Positions 13,062 to 26,245 of a DNA stretch of 64,000 nt are shown in pieces. Numbering within the stretch: the stretch's first letter is position 1; each line of letters opens with the position of its first letter. Both the position numbers and the translations under genes were made by a program. The notes under the pieces were generated by a model that had not been told where the DNA came from, did not search any database, and saw only the letters and a list, made by a program, of their open reading frames with translations. The stretch is from Camelus dromedarius (Eukaryota): NCBI RefSeq assembly GCF_036321535.1, contig NC_087437.1, positions 1,674,001-1,738,000 of the forward strand, given 5' to 3'.

Positions 13062-16000
13062 GCCTGGATGTAGAGGGATGTAAATAGAATAACCAGTCAT
13101 GTTACCGTCCATCCTTGCCTGGCTCCATATGGATCTTCTGCCTCATTTCTTTTTCCTGCTCAGATTCCTCTCAGGCTGTGGGCATGCAGGCTGGCTTTTA
13201 TAGCCGTGATGATTTATAGTCATGTTTTACTTGGTTTGCCATGTAGGAACTTATCCTGAAGATCTCCAACCCCCTGAATGTGTCAAACAACCCTACGATG
13301 GGATTGGAAGGTAATTTTTGTGAAAATCAGGTAAGACAGTGAAGAAAAGGAAGGGAGAGAAGATTCTATTAAATAGACTTCAGTGGTAAACATTAAAAGT
13401 GAAAAATAAAATTTGCTTTTGGTGCTTGGCTACTGAAATCCTGATTTGGAGCCTGCCCTTCAACATACAAATTATAAAAGTACAGTGAAAATATCATGAG
13501 AGTGTGTCAGCTGACTTCTAGTTGAAAGCCACTGTGACCTGGGGAAATCCTTGAGTTATAGTTTCCTCGTCTGCAAAATAAAGGGATTTATTTTAGATCA
13601 TTCTGTGTCAAAATTTTACATTCTTTTAAAATTTCCCTTGTTTAAAGTTATGTTTTTTGAGCCTCTAAAATGACTCAAATGATATTCTAAATATTCTTTT
13701 TAAAATTTTATTTTTAAAATAACTATCTGAAGATTAGACTAAGTGTACAAGGGGACCTAACCTGTATTTTGTGTTCATAATTCACCTAGAATCACATGGA
13801 TATAATTATCCTCACTGCCGTGGCTATTTGAAGAAAATGGATCCATTTGGGGGTCATGAGCACGACGTCTGGAGGTTCAGGGCAGTGACACTTGCTCTCT
13901 TGCTGAGGAGATTTCAGAAACATCGTGCAGCCTAGAAAAGTGACCCTCAGGACCTGTCACCTAGTGAAACTGACAGAGCAGCCTGTGAGGAGGCCACCAG
14001 CCAGGGGCACAGGCACACAACAAGTGAGGGGCACCAACAGTCTGCTGCTTTTGGTGAGTAAATGCAACAGCCTCAGCCAAAAGCCACCAGAACAGCTGTC
14101 AAGCTGAGGTCACAGCACAAGGTTACAGGACATGGCATCCAGGAAGCATTATAAGGACAGGCAGGTAACACTTCAGCAATAGCTAAAGATCAGAAAGAAA
14201 AGAGATCTATTCAGCTGAGTGGAAGACAGAGACACAAGGAAATATTTATAGCAAATGATTTCCAGTGTAACCTAGAAATGTTCTGTGGCAGTTATTGAAA
14301 CTTTGTAGTGAAACCACAGTAATTCTTTGGTCTCAGTTCTTAGTGGGGACTTTGGGTATACATGAAAAACAGAGACTTTGACCAAACTGAGCTCCAGACA
14401 AGCAAAAAGTAATTCAGCAGATGGCTGTGCATTTCTGAATTCTCAAGTGTTAGTGAGCCTTGTACCCTTGGATCACACATCGTATCCCATTGGTATTAGA
14501 GATGGTGGCTTTTCCTTTCCTTGTTGTGTGACTGTCTGGTGTGGTGTGTATCTGTGCTTTTCCTCTTTTTAATACAGGATTCATCAAAGTAATGTGTATA
14601 TTTCTTTAAATTATGCTGTTTACAAATGTGTTTATCTTATGGGTTTTATGATCTTTCCTTTTAGAAATTGACTTGAATAATTTAGATGTTAAAACCTTTA
14701 TTAGTTTGATTTTTAAAATGTTTTATTAACATTCTTTCTCACTTCTGACTGACCCTGTAACTGCAAGATATGTAATAGTACCTGTGTGGGATTTGAGGGA
14801 CATTGTCACTTTGCTTATAGTGGGTCTTAGGGTGTCATGTGACAGTCATCCTTAAAATGAATGAAAACATATTCTTAGAGGGAATTTTGGTCAATTCGAG
14901 GCTGTTGTCTTTTGGGAAACCTGATACTCATTAACCAAGGCTGGGGATTACTGTTCTGAAATTGTAATTTTGCATAGCAATGATCTTAGAAAATGTCTAC
15001 AGTGTTTGTAGCTGCCCCAGAATCATTCATTTTAAATGAAGAATTGGCCAGAATTGAGAGCTGTGTCTGTAGAGGAAACTTCCACAGGCTGGTGATACTT
15101 GCAGGAGGAAAACAGGGAGGCCTGGTTCCATCAACTGTGAAATTAGACAGAACACAGGTGAAAGGACAGGGAGGGAGTGAGGCTGGGGTATGATAAATGG
15201 GGACACCAAGCCCGCTCACTGCTAACCAAAAATAAGGTGGGGGGATGATAGAAATTTCTCCTTTATGTGAAGTGCAGTTCCTTTGCCGGAACAGATGCAG
15301 GAGATCTTAAGGGAAAAATCCCACTCATCAGGCTATGGCAAGATATAATCACTGGTGTGCCTGGGCCCTACGAGTCCCAGGCCCTCCCCAGTAGGAGGAA
15401 TTCCCACTCTACATGGTGGAGACCAATGGAAGCAGGAGAAGCTTCAGCATGTGGGAGGCCAATCTGAGGAGCTGTTCCCATGGCTCATTCCTGACCCCTG
15501 CACCTGGTTGCCTTCCTCACACGTGGGTGCCTGGAAGTAGCAAATTTGGCTGGAGAGGGGACAGCAGAGATAGCAAAAGTTGTAGACAGAAATAAGAATA
15601 TGGTGCTACAGTGGGTAGCAGGGGATTCTCTGAGTGGCAGCAGGACAGGAGACCAGGGGTATCTCCATAAGCACCTAGCCACCAAGAGAAGTGAGGCAAT
15701 TGAGAGGCACCCCAGAGGGAAGAATTTGGAGGGGCTGTTGTTCCAGGGACTCCAATCTGTTGTCCCTGTTTTGTTCTGTAACTGCATCTAGGCCTCGAGA
15801 AAAGCTTTTACAAGTGAAACAGAATTTTGGAAGAATGAATGACGAGTGAGAAGAATGAGTAAAGAACTTACACTGAATATTAGAGGGCTCTGTGTCCATT
15901 GACTTGTTAGATTATGCCTTGTTTTGTATGTTTGCTAGCAACTCATTTTAAGAAAACTGAAAAGAAAAAATAATGTGTCTTCCTTTCATGCCATTCCATG

Positions 16001-16820
16001 GTTCAAAAGCATTTTCACATGTTTTACATCATTTATAAAAAGAAAAAATTATGAGATAAACAAGGTTTGTTTTTCCAGTTTTGTGGATTAAGAAACCAAG
16101 CTCAGGATGATGGTTAAGTTACTGTTCAAGGTTACATAGTCTATAAGTGAATCAAGCTTTGATTCCAGTTCTTCTTTGCTTTTATTTTATTATGTTTCTT
16201 TTTGCTTTGGATAGTTTACACATTCACATGATTAAAAAATCCAACTGGAACAGCATTAAGAAGTCCCTCTCCAGCCCCTGTCCATGTCGACTATAGTCAC
16301 ACCTCCTTTTAGAAATAAAAGATATCATACTATGTACCCTTTTTTATGACTTTTTTTTGATGCAGTTAGTGATTTATCCTGGAGCGCTTCCCAGGGCCAC
16401 GCACAAAGCGCCCCCTCCTTGCTTTGAGTTGCTGTATGCTGCTCCCTTGGGTGGAGGGTTCACAGGTATAAGTTTGAGTTTGATAACATTTGCATTTTTT
16501 TCTATTACAAACAAGGTTTTAGTGAATAGTTGCACATACATCATTTCATTTTATACATATGCTTCTGTAGGATAATTCCTCAAAGCAGTCTTGGGTCAGA
16601 GGATAAATGCATTTATAATTAAATAAAAATTGCCAAATTTCTCTTCATAGGAGTTACACTATTTTACACTTTCACCTGTAATATGTAAGACCGTCAGTTT
16701 CTTCATAAAATTGCCTGCAAATTGGTATTGTCTAACTTTGAATTTATGCCATTATGATTGTTTAGGCTAATTTCTTGGTGTAACCTTAATTTGCCTTTTT
16801 GGGGAAATTTCTCCTTTTGA

Positions 16821-18365
16821 TTTTAATTTTTTATTGAAATATATGTGATTTACAATATTACATTAATTTCAGGTGCACAACATAGTGATTCTAAATTTTT
16901 ATAGTTTGTGCTCCATTTAAAGTTATCATAAAGTATTGGTTATATTATCTGTGCTGTACAATATGCCCTTGTAGCTGATTTATTTTATACATGGTAGTTG
17001 TACCCTTAGTTCCCTATCTCTGAATTTCCCCTCCCCATTCTCTCTACCCACTGGTAACCACCAGTTTGTTCTCTTTATCTATGAGTCAGTTTCTGTTTTG
17101 TTATATTCATGTTTGCTTTATTTTTTTTAGATTCCACATATAAGTGATAACATACAATATTTGTCTTTCTCTGTTTGATTTATTTCACTAAGTATAATAC
17201 TCTCCAGGTCCATCCATGTTGTTGCAAATGGCAAAATTTCATTCTTTTTTATGGCTGAGTAGCATTCCATTTTATATATATAAATCACATCCTTCTTTAT
17301 CCATTCATCTATTGTTGGACACTTACATTGCTGCCATATCTTGGCTATTGTAAATAATGCTGCTATAAACATTGGGGTGCATGTATCTTTTCCAATTAGT
17401 GTTTTTGTTTTCTTTACTTATATACCCAGGAGTAGAATTTCTGGATCAAATGGCAGTTCTATTTTTAGTTTTTTGAGGAACCTCCATACTGTTTTCCACA
17501 GTGGCTTCACCAATTTACATTCCCACCAACAGTGTACAAGGGTTCCCTTTTCTCAACATCCTCACCAACATCTGTTATTTGTGGTCTTTTTTGATGATAA
17601 CCATTCTGACAGTTGTGAGGTGATATCTCATTATGGTTTTGATTTACTTTTCTCTGATTAGCAATGTTGAGCATCATTTCATATGTCTGTTGGCTATCTG
17701 TGTGTCTTCTTTGGAAATATGTTCAGATCTTCTGTCCAATTTTTAATTATCTGTTTTTTAAAATATTGATTTGTATGAGCTGTTTATATATTTTGGATAC
17801 TAACCCCTTGTTGGTCATATCATTTGCAAATATTTTCTCCCATTTAATAGGTTGACATCATTTTGTTGATGGTTTCCTTTACTGTGCAAAAAATTTTAAA
17901 GTTTACTTAGGTCCCATTTGTTTATTTTTGATTTGTTTCCTTTTCCTGGGGAGACATATCCAAAAAAGTATTGCTATGATTTATATCAAAGAGTGTTCTG
18001 CCTATGTTTTCTTTTAGTAGTTTTATGGTGAATGGCCTTTAATCCATTTTGAGTTTTGTTGTGTACGTGCTGTCAGAGAATGTTTTAATTTCAGTCTTTT
18101 ACAGGTAGCTGTCCAGTTTTCCCAGCACCACTTACTGAAGAGACAATCTTTTCCCCATTGCATATTCTTGCCTCCTTTGTAATAGATTAGTTGACCATAA
18201 ATATGTGGGTTAATATGTAAGCTCTCTATTTTCTTCCATTGATCTAAGTGTCTGTTTTTGTGCAGATACCATACTGTTTTGACTACTGTAGCTTTGTAGT
18301 ATAGTTTGTAGTCAGAGAGTATGATACCTCCTGCTCTGTTCTTCTTTCTCAAGATTGTTTTGACA
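16821..18365 (-). mobile_element. 5'-truncated L1 with ORF2 C-terminal remnants and 3' UTR
   Basis: ORFs 18023-18352 ([22 protein letters not shown]...[15 protein letters not shown]) and 17127-17372 ([13 protein letters not shown]...DEWIKK) are classic L1 ORF2 peptides; T-rich tail at the left end. Confidence 0.95.
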
Positions 18366-18440
18366 TTTGTCTTTTACACTATGAATTGAGATTAATTTTT
18401 CCTCTATCATTTGTCTTTTGATTTTGCTACTTGTTTCTTT

Positions 18441-18683
18441 CTTTTCTTTTTCAATAATTTTTTTATTGAGTTATAATCAGTTTACAATGTTGTGTCATTT
18501 TCCAGTGTAGAGCACAATTTTTCAGTTATACATTAACATACATATATTCATTGTTGCATTCTTTTTCACTACGAGCTACCACAAGATCTTGTATATATTT
18601 CCCTGTGCTATACAGTATAATCCTGTTTATCTATTCTATATATACTTGTCAGTATCTACAAATTTCGAGTTCCAGTCTGTCTC
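18441..18683 (-). mobile_element. Young 5'-truncated L1 3' end with target-site duplication
   Basis: Reverse L1 tail (ttttttattgagttataatcagtttacaatgttgtg...), flanked by CTTGTTTCTTT at 18430-18440 and 18684-18694; same family as 23287-23337 and 42846-42990. Confidence 0.85.
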
Positions 18684-19039
18684 CTTGTTTCTTTTTAATT
18701 TGGTATTTAGACATATTTTTAGGTAGACAAAATGATTATTATATTTTTTTTTTTACAATTTAAAAATGATTCTAGATTTTAAATTAGAAAGGCTTTCTCT
18801 AACCTAAGGATATGTTTTCTTCTATTGGCATAACAAGGTATAAAAGTAAGATCAAAGCCAATATCTAAAATTTCAATGTCTCCAGGTTAGCATGTTTCAT
18901 ACCAGCACTGGTGGAAGGCTAAATTTGTGCCCTCATTCTCCCATGACACTAGCAGAAACTGTAGTGCAAGACCTTTTCAAATAATTTTATGGGTTTTTCC
19001 TTTTTGAAACTTATGTAGATATTTGCAGCATATCTTCTT

Positions 19040-20865
19040 GAGAAGGTTATCATCATTTGCTAATGCCAATTCCTCACTTGCCAATCATTCTTAAATCAAC
19101 TCTGTTTCAAATCAGTAGCCTACATTCCCACTATTCTTCTGAAATTGCTCTTTTCAAGGGCATCTATCACCTTCATGTTGCTTAAACCACTGGTCAATTC
19201 TTAGTCCTCATATTAGTTGATCTGAAAGCTACATTTGTCATTGATCATCCTTCTCCTTGAAACATACTTCATTGGTTTCCAGGACACACACTTGCCCGCT
19301 TCTTTCCGACTTCATTGGCTACTTCTTCTCTTCAGGCTGCTTTGCGGATTCCTCCTCATATTCCTAATCTCTTGACACTCGAGTCCAATCTTTTCTCTTC
19401 CCTAGCTCCCCTCACTCCCTTGGTGGTTACTTCTATTCTCAAAGCTTCTGCTTCTCATGTCTCTCACCTCCTGAACCTCCCAGATGATACCCAGATTTAC
19501 ATTTCCATTATGGGTCATTCCACTAACTCTAGGGTCATCTATTCAGATGCTTACTAAATGTCTCTTCAGTAAGTTCCTCAAATTTAACATATCTGAAACT
19601 AAGCTACTATTCTTTCTCTTTTCTAAGTCTGTTCATATTTTTCTCCATCTCATTTAACAAACTTAACTTCTCATTTGCTCAGACCTCTCTCACACCCAAC
19701 ATTCAAGCCCCAAGGAAATACTTCTGAACTCAGCTTCAGAATATTTGCCTGACTACCCATCCCCATAGCCTTTGCCCTCATCAAAGCCGCCATCACCTGG
19801 GTCACTGAAAGAGCTTACTCACTGGGCTCTAGGCTTTTATCCTTGCCCTCATACAAAGTAGCTATCCCTTTAAGACGTAAGACATCACATTCCTCTGATT
19901 AAAACTTCACAATGGCTTCTGACCTCAGAGTTAAAATCAATGTTATTACACAGGCCTCCAAGGCCATTCATAATCTACCTCCACTCTTTCACTCTGACCT
20001 CATCTTCTAATACTGCACTTCTCCAGACTCACAGACCTCCCCACTGCTCCTTGTTTAATAAGCAAGATACTCCCTCACTGTATTAATTTTCTACTGCAGC
20101 TGTAAAATATTATCACAAAATTAGTGATTTAAAGCAACACAAATTTATTATCTTACAGTTTTGTAGGTCACAAGTCTGACACAGGTCTCACTGGGCTAAA
20201 ATTAAGATGTTGGGATGTCTGTATTCTCTTCTGGAGGCTGTAGAGGCAAATCCATTTCCTTTCCTTTTCCAGCTTCTAGAGGTCACCCACATTCATTGGC
20301 TTTTGGTGCTTTTTATCCAACTTCAAAGCAAAAATGATAGCATCTCTCTGATCCATCTGCCATAGTCGCATATCCCTGTGACCATAGCTGGGAAAGGTGC
20401 TTTGATTTTAAGAACCCAGTGTGGTTAGATTGGGCCCACTTGTATAATCTCTTCATCTCAAGGTTGGTAACCTTGTTAATATCTGCAAATTCCCTTTTGC
20501 TATGTAAGTTAAACACACTTAAGGTTCCAGGAATTAGGATGTGGATATCTTTGGGAGGAGGGCCATTATTTTGCTTAGCACACTCATCTCTTTTAATATT
20601 TGCTCATAGATCACTTTTCCTATTTAGATCCACCACTACCACAGTATTCCCTCTCTTACATTCCTACTTTTTTGTTCTAATAACAGTAATCACCTTATAA
20701 TATACAGTGTGGTATATATTAATAATTGTTTTTTTTCTGTCCCCCCTCATCAGAGTGTAAGCTGTGTGGTGTCACCAAAGTTTATGTTTGTTTCATGCTC
20801 TAACTGCAATGCCTTGAGCAGTGCCTCAGGATAGCCTCAATAGATACTTGCTGAATGAATGGATG
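19040..20865 (+). mobile_element. L2 LINE split by an MLT1 LTR
   Basis: gaaattgctcttttcaaggg...ttctccttgaaacatact...ctcaaatttaacatatctgaaactaa...; ends ctcaatagatacttgctgaatgaatggatga (L2 3' terminus). Confidence 0.8.
20079..20582 (-). mobile_element. MaLR solo LTR (MLT1C/D-like)
   Basis: tgtattaattttcta...aaagcaacacaaatttattatcttacagttttgtaggtc...gaattaggatgtggatatctttggg...ca; near-perfect 5-bp TSD CTCAC/CTCAT. Confidence 0.85.
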
Positions 20866-21164
20866 AAAGAAGGAGTGGGGATTAAAACCCAAGGATCCTA
20901 CCTTGTTTCTAAGGTAGACTTTCCAAATCAAGGGATGAAATACATTTTGAGCCAGTATCCCCATGGATTGATTGTAGAATTTATAAATTTACTTTTACTG
21001 ATGGACTCATAATAAGTAATGGAGTTTACTGGACTTTCACATGTGTACAGTGACATAGTGGATCCTTAGTCCTTATAATAGGGCCTTATTCATAACACAG
21101 GATATGATCTAATTTGATCTCATTTGATCTATAATTTATTGATTTCATAAATATCAAGTTGAGG

Positions 21165-21555
21165 ATGATTCCTTCTATTCCTAGTTTTCTGAGTTTTCTG
21201 AGAGTTTGTACCATGAATGGGTGTCACACTTGGTCAGATACTTTTTAAGCATCAGTTGATGTGATCAGATGATTCCTCTTCTTTAGCCTGTTGATATGGT
21301 GGATTATACTGATTGATTTTTAAATATTGAGCCAGACTTGTATCCTTGAAATAAACTCCACATGTTCTTTATATGTTCCTGGATTTTACTTTCTAATATT
21401 TTGTTAAGAATTTTTGCTTGTATATTCATGAGGAATATTTGTCTGAAGTTATAATTTTTGTACTATCTTTGTCTTACTTCAGTTTCAGGGTAATAGTGGT
21501 TTCATGGAATGAGTTGAGAAGGGTGCCTCCTCCTCTGTTTTCTAAAAGAGATTAT
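21165..21555 (-). mobile_element. Inverted 5' segment of an L1 (ORF2 RT region)
   Basis: Reverse-strand match to the ORF2 region spanning about LF.K.EEG to KLGIEG (ttccttctattcctagttttctg; gagttgagaagggtgcctcctcc). Confidence 0.8.
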
Positions 21556-22325
21556 GGAGAAGTTCTAGTTGGGGAAAGAAGTCAGGAAAGGGAAATAAAA
21601 GACATAAATTAGAAAGGAAGAAATATGCTGTCCCTATTTGCAAGTGACATGATAGTCTATGTACAAAATTCAAGGAAATCTACAAAAAAACTTCAAGAAC
21701 TAAAAAGTGAGTTCAGGAATTTAGAATATAAAATAAACATTCAAAAATCAATTATGTTTCTGAATGTTAACAATGAAAATGTAGAAACCAAAGTTATACA
21801 AAAATACCATTTATATCCATTCAATGTTAGTTGTAAATTTAATAAAACACGCAGGACTTGTATGCTGAAAACTACAAAACACTGATGAAATAAATCAAAT
21901 GAAGAAACAAACCATGTCCATTGATTGAAAGACTCAACATAGTAGAGCATTGCAAAGATGTCAATTCTCCCCAAATGAACATACAGATCCTATAAATATC
22001 TCAGGAAGATTTTTTATAGATGTAGACAAAATTATATTGAAAAGCAAAGGAACTAGAATAGCTTAAACAATTTTCAAAAAGAAGAATAAAGTGGGAGAAC
22101 TCACTCTACCTGAGTTCAAGAATGATGATGTACCACAGAAACCAAGACTGCAGTGGTACTGGTGAAAGGAGAGGCCCAGAGATCACTTGGATAGAATAAA
22201 GAACTTAGAAATAAACCCAGACAAATACAGTCAACTGATTTTTTTCTAAAGATGCAAAAGCAATTCGATGAAAAATGAATAAACTTTTTAATAAACAGTG
22301 CTGGAGCAATTGGATGTCCACAAGC

Positions 22326-22356
<31 letters not shown>

Positions 22357-23286
22357 AACCTAAGCCTCACATGTTATACAAATATTAACTTAAACTGATT
22401 AATACATTTAAATGTGAAATGTAAAACTATAAACATTTTGAAAATGACATAGGAGAAAATTTTCAGTACCTAAAATGAAGATTTATTAAGGACAACACAA
22501 AAAGCATTATTCACACAAAAAATGATAAATTAAACTTTATCAAAATTATAGACTTTTGCTCTTGGAAACCTTATTAAGAAAATTGAAAAGACAAAAGAAG
22601 ACTTACAGACTGAGAGAAAATATTTGCAAGTGATATATCTGACAGCAGACTCGCATCTAAAATATATAACGAACTTTCAAAAATTAATATAAAAATAGCA
22701 AATAATCTAATTAGAATATGAGCATAGAGAAGAAGAGAAATTTCACTGACAGGAGTACATTATGGCAAATTAGTACATGAAAAAATGTTTAATGTCACTA
22801 GCCATTAGTGAAATACAAACTTAGATAACAATGATATATTAAGCCACACCTCTTAGAACAGCTGAAATAAGAAATAGTGACAATACCAAATCAGCATTTG
22901 GGAAGGACGTGGGGTCACTGGATCTCTCATATATTGCTGGTTTGGCAGTTTCTTAAAAGAACTAAATATACATTTATTATAAAATCCAGCAATAGTATTT
23001 CTGGGCATTTATTGCACATTTATTGGAAATTTATGTCTACACAAAAACCTGTACACAGTTATTTGTAGAAGCTTTATTTGTAATAGCCCCAAACTAGAAG
23101 CAACCAAACTGTCCCTTGGGAGGTGACAGTTAAACAAGTTGTGGTACATCCATACCATGGAATATTACTCAGTAGTGATAAGGAATGCCTGCACAACTTG
23201 GATGGATTTCAAGGACATTACAATGAATGAAAAAAGCCAATCTCAAGAGATCACAAGCAACATAATTCCCTTTATATAACATTCTT

Positions 23287-23337
23287 TTTTACAACATTTT
23301 TTATTGATTTATAATCATTTTACAATGTTGTGCCATA
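23287..23337 (-). mobile_element. 51-bp L1 tail insertion with 16-bp TSD
   Basis: TTTATATAACATTCTT at 23271-23286 and 23338-23353 flank ttttacaacattttttattgatttataatcattttacaatgttgtgccata. Confidence 0.85.
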
Positions 23338-23635
23338 TTTATATAACATTCTTGAAATGACAGAGTTATAGAAATGGGAAAACAGACTAGTGGCTGCCAA
23401 GGGTTAGGGATGGTGTTGAGCAGAGAATGTGAGCACGACTGTGAGGAAATAGCATAAGGGAGATGTTTGTGCTGGTGGAATATTTCTGTTTCGTGATTGC
23501 AGTCATGCTTATACAAATCTATACACTTAATAAAATGGAAAAAGCCCAGTAAAGGCTTGCTTTCAGCTAAGTCTAGGTCTGGGGTAATGGTGTAAATTGA
23601 ATCACCGAGTTTGTACCACCTGGAGGAAAGAAATA

Positions 23636-23701
23636 TGAGCATGCCTTGAAGATATTGTGGGTTTGATTCCAGACTACAATAAAGAGAATATCACAATAAA
23701 A
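23636..23701. mobile_element. Tigger1-like terminal fragment
   Basis: gcatgccttgaagatattgtgggtttgattccagactacaataaagagaatatcacaataaa resembles the Tigger1 end. Confidence 0.65.
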
Positions 23702-23974
23702 ATGACACAGAACTATCCATGCACATAGTAGCAATGTCCAATTCTTGATTATAATATTATACTATAATAATGTAAGATGCAGCCAGTGGGGAAACAGAGT
23801 GAAGAGTACATGGGTCCTCTTGATTACTACTTTTGCAGTTTCCTGTTTAATCAATATTTTAAAATAAAAGTAAAAAAAAAAATACATGTTTTATTCCAGT
23901 GCATAATGGTTATCTAAAGAAAATACAGATGCCAAATATGCTTTTTAGAGATATAGTGCCACTTATTTTGAAAA

Positions 23975-24460
23975 GTATTTTTTATTGAGGAGAAATCATA
24001 TAACATTAAAAAATAACTATTTTAAAGCATACAGCTCAGGGGCTTTTAAGTACACAAAGCTGTGCAATCATCATCACTATCTAGGTCCAAATCATTTCAT
24101 CAGCCTGAAAGGAGACCCTGTACTCATTAAGCACTCACTACCAGTATCTACTCCCCTCTACCTGCAGCCCCTGGAAAGCCAGTCATCTACTTGCTGTCTC
24201 TACTACAGATTTACCTGCTCTGGATATTTCATATAAGTGAAATCATACAATATAGGACCTTTGTCACATGCTTCTTTCACTTGGCATAATGTTTTCAAGG
24301 TTCATCCATGTTGTGGAATATATCAGTACTTCATTCCTTTTGTGACTGAATAATATTCAATTATAAGGTTGCACCATGGTTCGTCTATCCTTTCATCTGT
24401 TGATGGACAATTGGGTTGTTTCCACCTTTTGGCTATTGTGAATAGTCTTGCTATAGACAT
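23975..24460 (-). mobile_element. L1 3' end (L1MB-type)
   Basis: tgtgcaatcatcatcactatctag...ggatatttcatataagtgaaatcatacaata...ttttggctattgtgaatagt. Confidence 0.85.
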
Positions 24461-25115
24461 ATGGTGGCAATTTAATACAAGAAAATAGTCCATGCTTTCC
24501 TTGCGGAAGGTGTAGAATCCATGTAAGTTATATATTGTGGGTTACAACCAGTAACTCTAAGCGTTTGTCATTTATTTGGGAAAGATGACCTGTCACTGCA
24601 GTTTTCTCAGTCATTCCTTCATCCCAGGTGAATCAAATATTGGAGCACTTAGAGATAACACAGGCACTGACTGCTTATTTTGGGAGGAACAAATAAGAAC
24701 ACTTTATGAGATCAGAGACAAAATGTCATCATAAAAGCAATTGTAAATTATTAGATGAGAGTCAACATTGTTCTCATAAGTGATCAAGACATAAATATTT
24801 TATTCTTTAAAGGCTTCAAAAACATAAAATAGGAGATACAGTTCTTCAACAATAAAACAATGTGAACCATGGAGATGCTTAACCTCTTGGGTTCAGTTTA
24901 TTTAATATGTGGTCATCTTTGTGTCCTTAAATGCTTTAGAAATTAAATATATAACACCTTAAAGTCACTAAAGTCATTGTTTTCCAATCCTAGAACTAAA
25001 TAACTCTCCAGAAATGTTTTTAGGCCTATCCAAGTAAGTTTACTCTTTCTTTGTACAGAACCAGTCCAGCTCTTTTCACAGCCTTTCTTCCTGGTTAGCT
25101 CTTTCAATGTGAAAC

Positions 25116-25477
25116 CATTGCTTTCCCAGCCATGCTGCGTGTCAGAACTGCCTAGTACATTTCCTAAAATACCTTTGTCTATGCTGCCACCCAGATCAAC
25201 TGAATCAGTCTTTAGGAACAAGCCCAAGCATCTTATTTAAGTAAAATTCTCAAGTGATCCTAAGATGCTACCAGGGTGAGGGAGTAATGATTCAAGCCAG
25301 TGTTTCTCAAACTTGGATGAGCATCAGAGTTCCCTACAAGACTTGTTAAAAAGAAGCTGGGTCCCACATTTTGGATTCTGATTCAGTGGTTCTGGGTGGG
25401 ACCTGACGTTTTACGAGATGAACAAGATCCCCAATGATGCTGATGCTGCTAGCCCAGGATCCAATTTTGAGGACAAT
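25116..25477. mobile_element. Adjacent MER5B-like and MER5A-like hAT-Charlie elements
   Basis: cagtgtttctcaaactt...ttctgattcagtggttctgggtgggacctga...tgatgctgatgctgctagccc (MER5A, from 25298), preceded by a MER5B-like segment. Confidence 0.7.
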
Positions 25478-25672
25478 GAATTAATGTCCTTTTCTCTCAG
25501 TGATGATGAGTACTGGCCAAAGTCCTCCATATAAATACCTTGAAAATTATTCTTTTTACCTATTTTGAAGAATTTCCTTTAGCATGTTAATTAAGATGAT
25601 GGGCCTTACAGTCAGAAGGCCTGATTAAATATGCCCCTTCTATGTAACTTTGGTCAAATTTCTTATTTTTTT

Positions 25673-25731
25673 CTTTTTCTTTTTTCTTTTTGTTAATGGA
25701 GGTACTGGGGATTGAACCCAGTACCTTACAG
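25673..25731 (-). mobile_element. 5'-truncated tRNA-derived SINE (camelid Vic-1 type) inserted in a MIR
   Basis: aatggaggtactggggattgaaccca is the reverse B-box end; TSD TTTCTTATTTTTT at ~25659 and ~25732. Confidence 0.75.
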
Positions 25732-26029
25732 TTTCTTATTTTTTAAATCTCTGCTTTCTTCATCTGTGAAATGGGTATGATATGCTTGTTTTAAGTGTTA
25801 AATTTGATAATATATGTAAAGTGATTGACATACAGTAAATAGAATCTTTAACTTTTCTTGATAGCTTTCATTTCCAACTATCACAACTTTCCTTTGTTCT
25901 AATTGGCTGTCAAGTTCTGTTCTTCTTATTGGTTAATAAATAAGGAAATGTATGTTAAAAATCAAGAAGATAATTAATTTGGGAGTTCAGCTGAGGCTCT
26001 CAAAGAACTGACTGAGGGTATTTACTGGT

Positions 26030-26245
26030 TGTATGTAGTGGGTAAAAGCTTCATCTCTGGAGTCAGAAAACCCAGGGTTTGAGTTCTGTCTGAAACTTCT
26101 CTAAGTTTGTTTTCCTCTGTAAAGTGATGGTAATAAGAGTTCCTACACATTGAATTATTGTGATTGTAACAGAAAAGATAATGCAATGAAGTGATTAGAC
26201 AGTCCTGGGCATGTCTTAGGTACTCAATAAATGTTAACTATTATT
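26030..26245 (+). mobile_element. MIR SINE
   Basis: ctctggagtcagaaaacccagggtttgagt...ctgtaaagtgatggtaataa...tactcaataaatgttaactatt. Confidence 0.75.

Larger units (their letters stand above)
1420..14588 (+). other. Candidate chain of small exons of an unidentified gene (1420-1500, 4802-4818, 5824-5865, 10320-10431, 12965-12980, 13247-13310, 14578-14588)
   Basis: Each segment is flanked by a pyrimidine-rich AG acceptor and a GT donor (e.g. tttgcag|ATGGATAGTTTCCACAG|gtaagt; ttttaacag|GAATCAAATTGTTCAG|gtgaga). Joined, they give one open frame of 343 nt. No homolog recognised. Confidence 0.3.
21556..23880 (+). mobile_element. Old L1 (L1MC-like) ORF2 3' half and 3' UTR
   Basis: Starts at the EVL...QEREIKDI / LSLFASDMIVY motif (ORFs 21418-21612 and 21625-21885) and runs through the 3' UTR to aataaa plus A-tail at ~23863-23882. 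Confidence 0.9.

Noticed and set aside
17127..18352. Host protein-coding exons
   Set aside because: The peptides are fragmented L1 ORF2; the same applies to 21625-21885 and 41804-42052
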